Shown here in pieces: positions 61,937 through 64,000 of a stretch of DNA of 64,000 nucleotides. A program made the translations under genes and the position numbers. The notes under the pieces were generated by a model. It did no database searches, was not told where the DNA came from, and saw only the letters and a list, made by a program, of their open reading frames with translations. This stretch comes from Xylographa opegraphella. Taxonomy: Eukaryota. Numbering within the stretch: position 1 is the first letter of the stretch; each line of letters begins with the position of its first letter. The DNA is taken from positions 186,001 to 250,000 of the forward strand of contig JALDZX010000005.1 in assembly GCA_022813865.1 (NCBI GenBank). Reading direction: 5' to 3'.

Positions 61937-63770
61937 TTACAACTCATCATGATCGTCCATCTGCCCCTCATCCCCATCCAGCACCGCCTCCTTCACTTTG
62001 CCCGCCGCCTCGCTGATCTTACTCATCACGCCCTCGGCCGTTTCGCTCGCCTTCCCGGCCGCTTCCTTGGCAACCTCTGTCGCCGCCGGCGCCGCATGCG
62101 GCATGTTGTCTGCCTCGCCCATGACGACCTCATCACCCGCGCTCGCGCTCGCCTTGTCGGCGTAGACGTCGATGTGGAACGAGCCGTGCTCCTTGACGAA
62201 CTTGGCGAGGTCCTCGATGGTACGGTCGCCGCTGTACTCGACAGGGGCGGCCTTGGCGCCCGCAGCGAAGAGCTTGATGGTCGGGAAGCCTTGGATCTCG
62301 TCCGGGACGTCGTTGGCCGTGGCGTCGACCTTGGCGATCGTGACTGGGTGGTTGGCGTACAGGGAGGCAAGTTCTTCGTATTTGGGAGCGAGGCTAGGGG
62401 TGGGGGTTAGTATGCGTGGAGGCGTGTAAAGAGGAAGGGGAATGAAGGGTGTGGAGGTTAGAAAACGGAGAGCGCTTACGCTTTGCAGTGGCCGCACCAT
62501 GGGGCGTAGAACTCGACGAGGACGTCCTTGGTCTCGTCCATGACGATATCGTTGTAGTTGTGCGCGACGACAACGGTGACCGGGCCGTCCTGTTTCTCCG
62601 GAATGGGCTCGCTCTTGACGCTGGGCTGGATCTTACCGTCGACGAAGTCCTGGACGAACTTGGAAATGGCTTTCTCGGTAAGTTTCTGGTCTTGAGGAAG
62701 GAAAGGGAATTTCTGATTCTTGGCGATCTCCTGAATGGCGAAGGCGGGGAATCTGTCGGCCGCGAGGTTGAGATTGCCGGCATGAGCGCCGAAGGCTTTA
62801 GCGTCGATGGTGGCGAAGTTGACCTTCCCCTTGTGTTTCTCGGCGACGGGCTTGAGCTCGAGAGCAAGGGCATCACTCTCCTCTGTGGTCTCGGCGAAGA
62901 TGTAGGCTAACGGGATACCAGCCTGAGACGTGTGTCAGTCGGGCGTTCGCGTAGACCATGGAGAATGATAGAGAATGACTTACAGCCATGTAGTTGGCAT
63001 ATGTGTCGGGGCCAACTTCGCCAATAAGTGGTGTAGCGGCGCTCTTGGTGAAGGCAATGATGGCTTCCTTGTCAAACTTTTCTTCGAATTTGTTCTCACC
63101 CTCGTCGAAGGTCTTGTACAGAACGATAGCGGGTTGCTTGACGCCAGCGGCTTTCGCCAGGGTGGCGTCATTGATGGCCCCAAATAGGTAATCATCTCGA
63201 AGAGAGTCGGCAACTTCTGTGAATGTAGTATTTGAAGCTTTATCATCGGCGGCAAAGTAAGCCACGATGACAACCTTGTCAGCGGTCTTGAACTCTTCAA
63301 GCGTTTCAGTTGTCAAAGTTGATACGGCGGGAAGCGATTGCTTTGTCATGTATGAAATAATGCTGGCAACCTGGTCAGCTGAAGCCCCTTTTGGATTGAA
63401 AGTGCAAAGTGTCTACTAACGCAGGAGCTTTTCGGGGTCCGCTGTAGGGAGCAACATTGTCTGGCCCTCTGAATACCTTGACTGTTGGGTATCCCTCAAC
63501 GCCGTAGTCCTTGCAAAGATCGGCTTCTTCTGTGCAGTCGACCTTGACAAGGGGAATGTCTTTCTCCTTCAGTGTGGTAGCGGCCTCTTCATATTCCGGG
63601 GCAAGCGCTTTGCAGTGTCCGCACCACGGGGCGAAGAACTCTGCTAGGACCAGGTCATGCGACTTGATGAAGTCTCCGAACGTATCTTTCTTGAGGTCAT
63701 GTACATCCGAAGCTGAAGCCACGGCAGCAGCACCGATCAGCCCAAGGGCAGCGTTCCTGAAATTCCTCAT
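61937..63770 (-). CDS. PDI1: Protein disulfide-isomerase, 4 exons
   Basis: Signal peptide, two APWCGHCK active sites (the second split by an intron), IQGFPTIKLF and C-terminal HDEL. Confidence 0.96.
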
Positions 63771-64000
63771 TGTGGTTGTGGGGAAACGAGTGGAGAAAGT
63801 ACTGAGGACGAGTGAAGGATGAGTGGAATCCCCTCAATCAAATATGGAGAACTCCTATGTTCTGGACCGAAGAAGATGTAAGTGCCTGAGGAGCATGCGA
63901 CAAAGCAAGTAGCCGAAGGTATTCTAGTCTACCTGAAGTTGCCAGATATTCCTCAACTCCGCCCTCGAAAGTCTCGCCAAGCCGGACCCCTAATTTCTCA

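Overview
Eukaryotic, intron-containing, gene-dense window from a filamentous ascomycete (Pezizomycotina). Short GT-AG introns with CTRAC branch points are seen throughout; a lichen-forming Lecanoromycete origin is a guess only. I can support about 24 protein-coding genes and 2 pseudogenes. Housekeeping genes: cia84, RSM18, HFI1/ADA1, a FUSC/Bre4-like transporter, SSR4, SWD3/WDR5-like, ISC1, ARL8, RPA135, SRC1 and PDI1. Accessory genes: a DHA2 MFS pump, two Upc2-like Zn2Cys6 factors, an RTA1-like protein, an O-methyltransferase and several surface/secreted proteins. No rRNA, tRNA, CRISPR or recognisable transposon was found. Highlights that the ORF track does not show: (1) a spliced 61-aa prepro-peptide with a 25-aa, 6-Cys mature peptide alone in a gene-poor stretch; (2) a tandem pair of paralogues combining an N-terminal WYCxxC..CxxC zinc finger with a truncated CxxC-x6-CxH Zn-cluster-like motif; (3) a secreted adhesin-like gene split by one in-frame TAA; (4) decayed SDR and LysM genes; (5) a TCGTA (SRE-like) cluster between an Upc2-like factor and RTA1; (6) recurrent GC-rich islands that always switch from C-rich to G-rich regardless of gene orientation. 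All gene models and family assignments were made by eye; no database searches were run.
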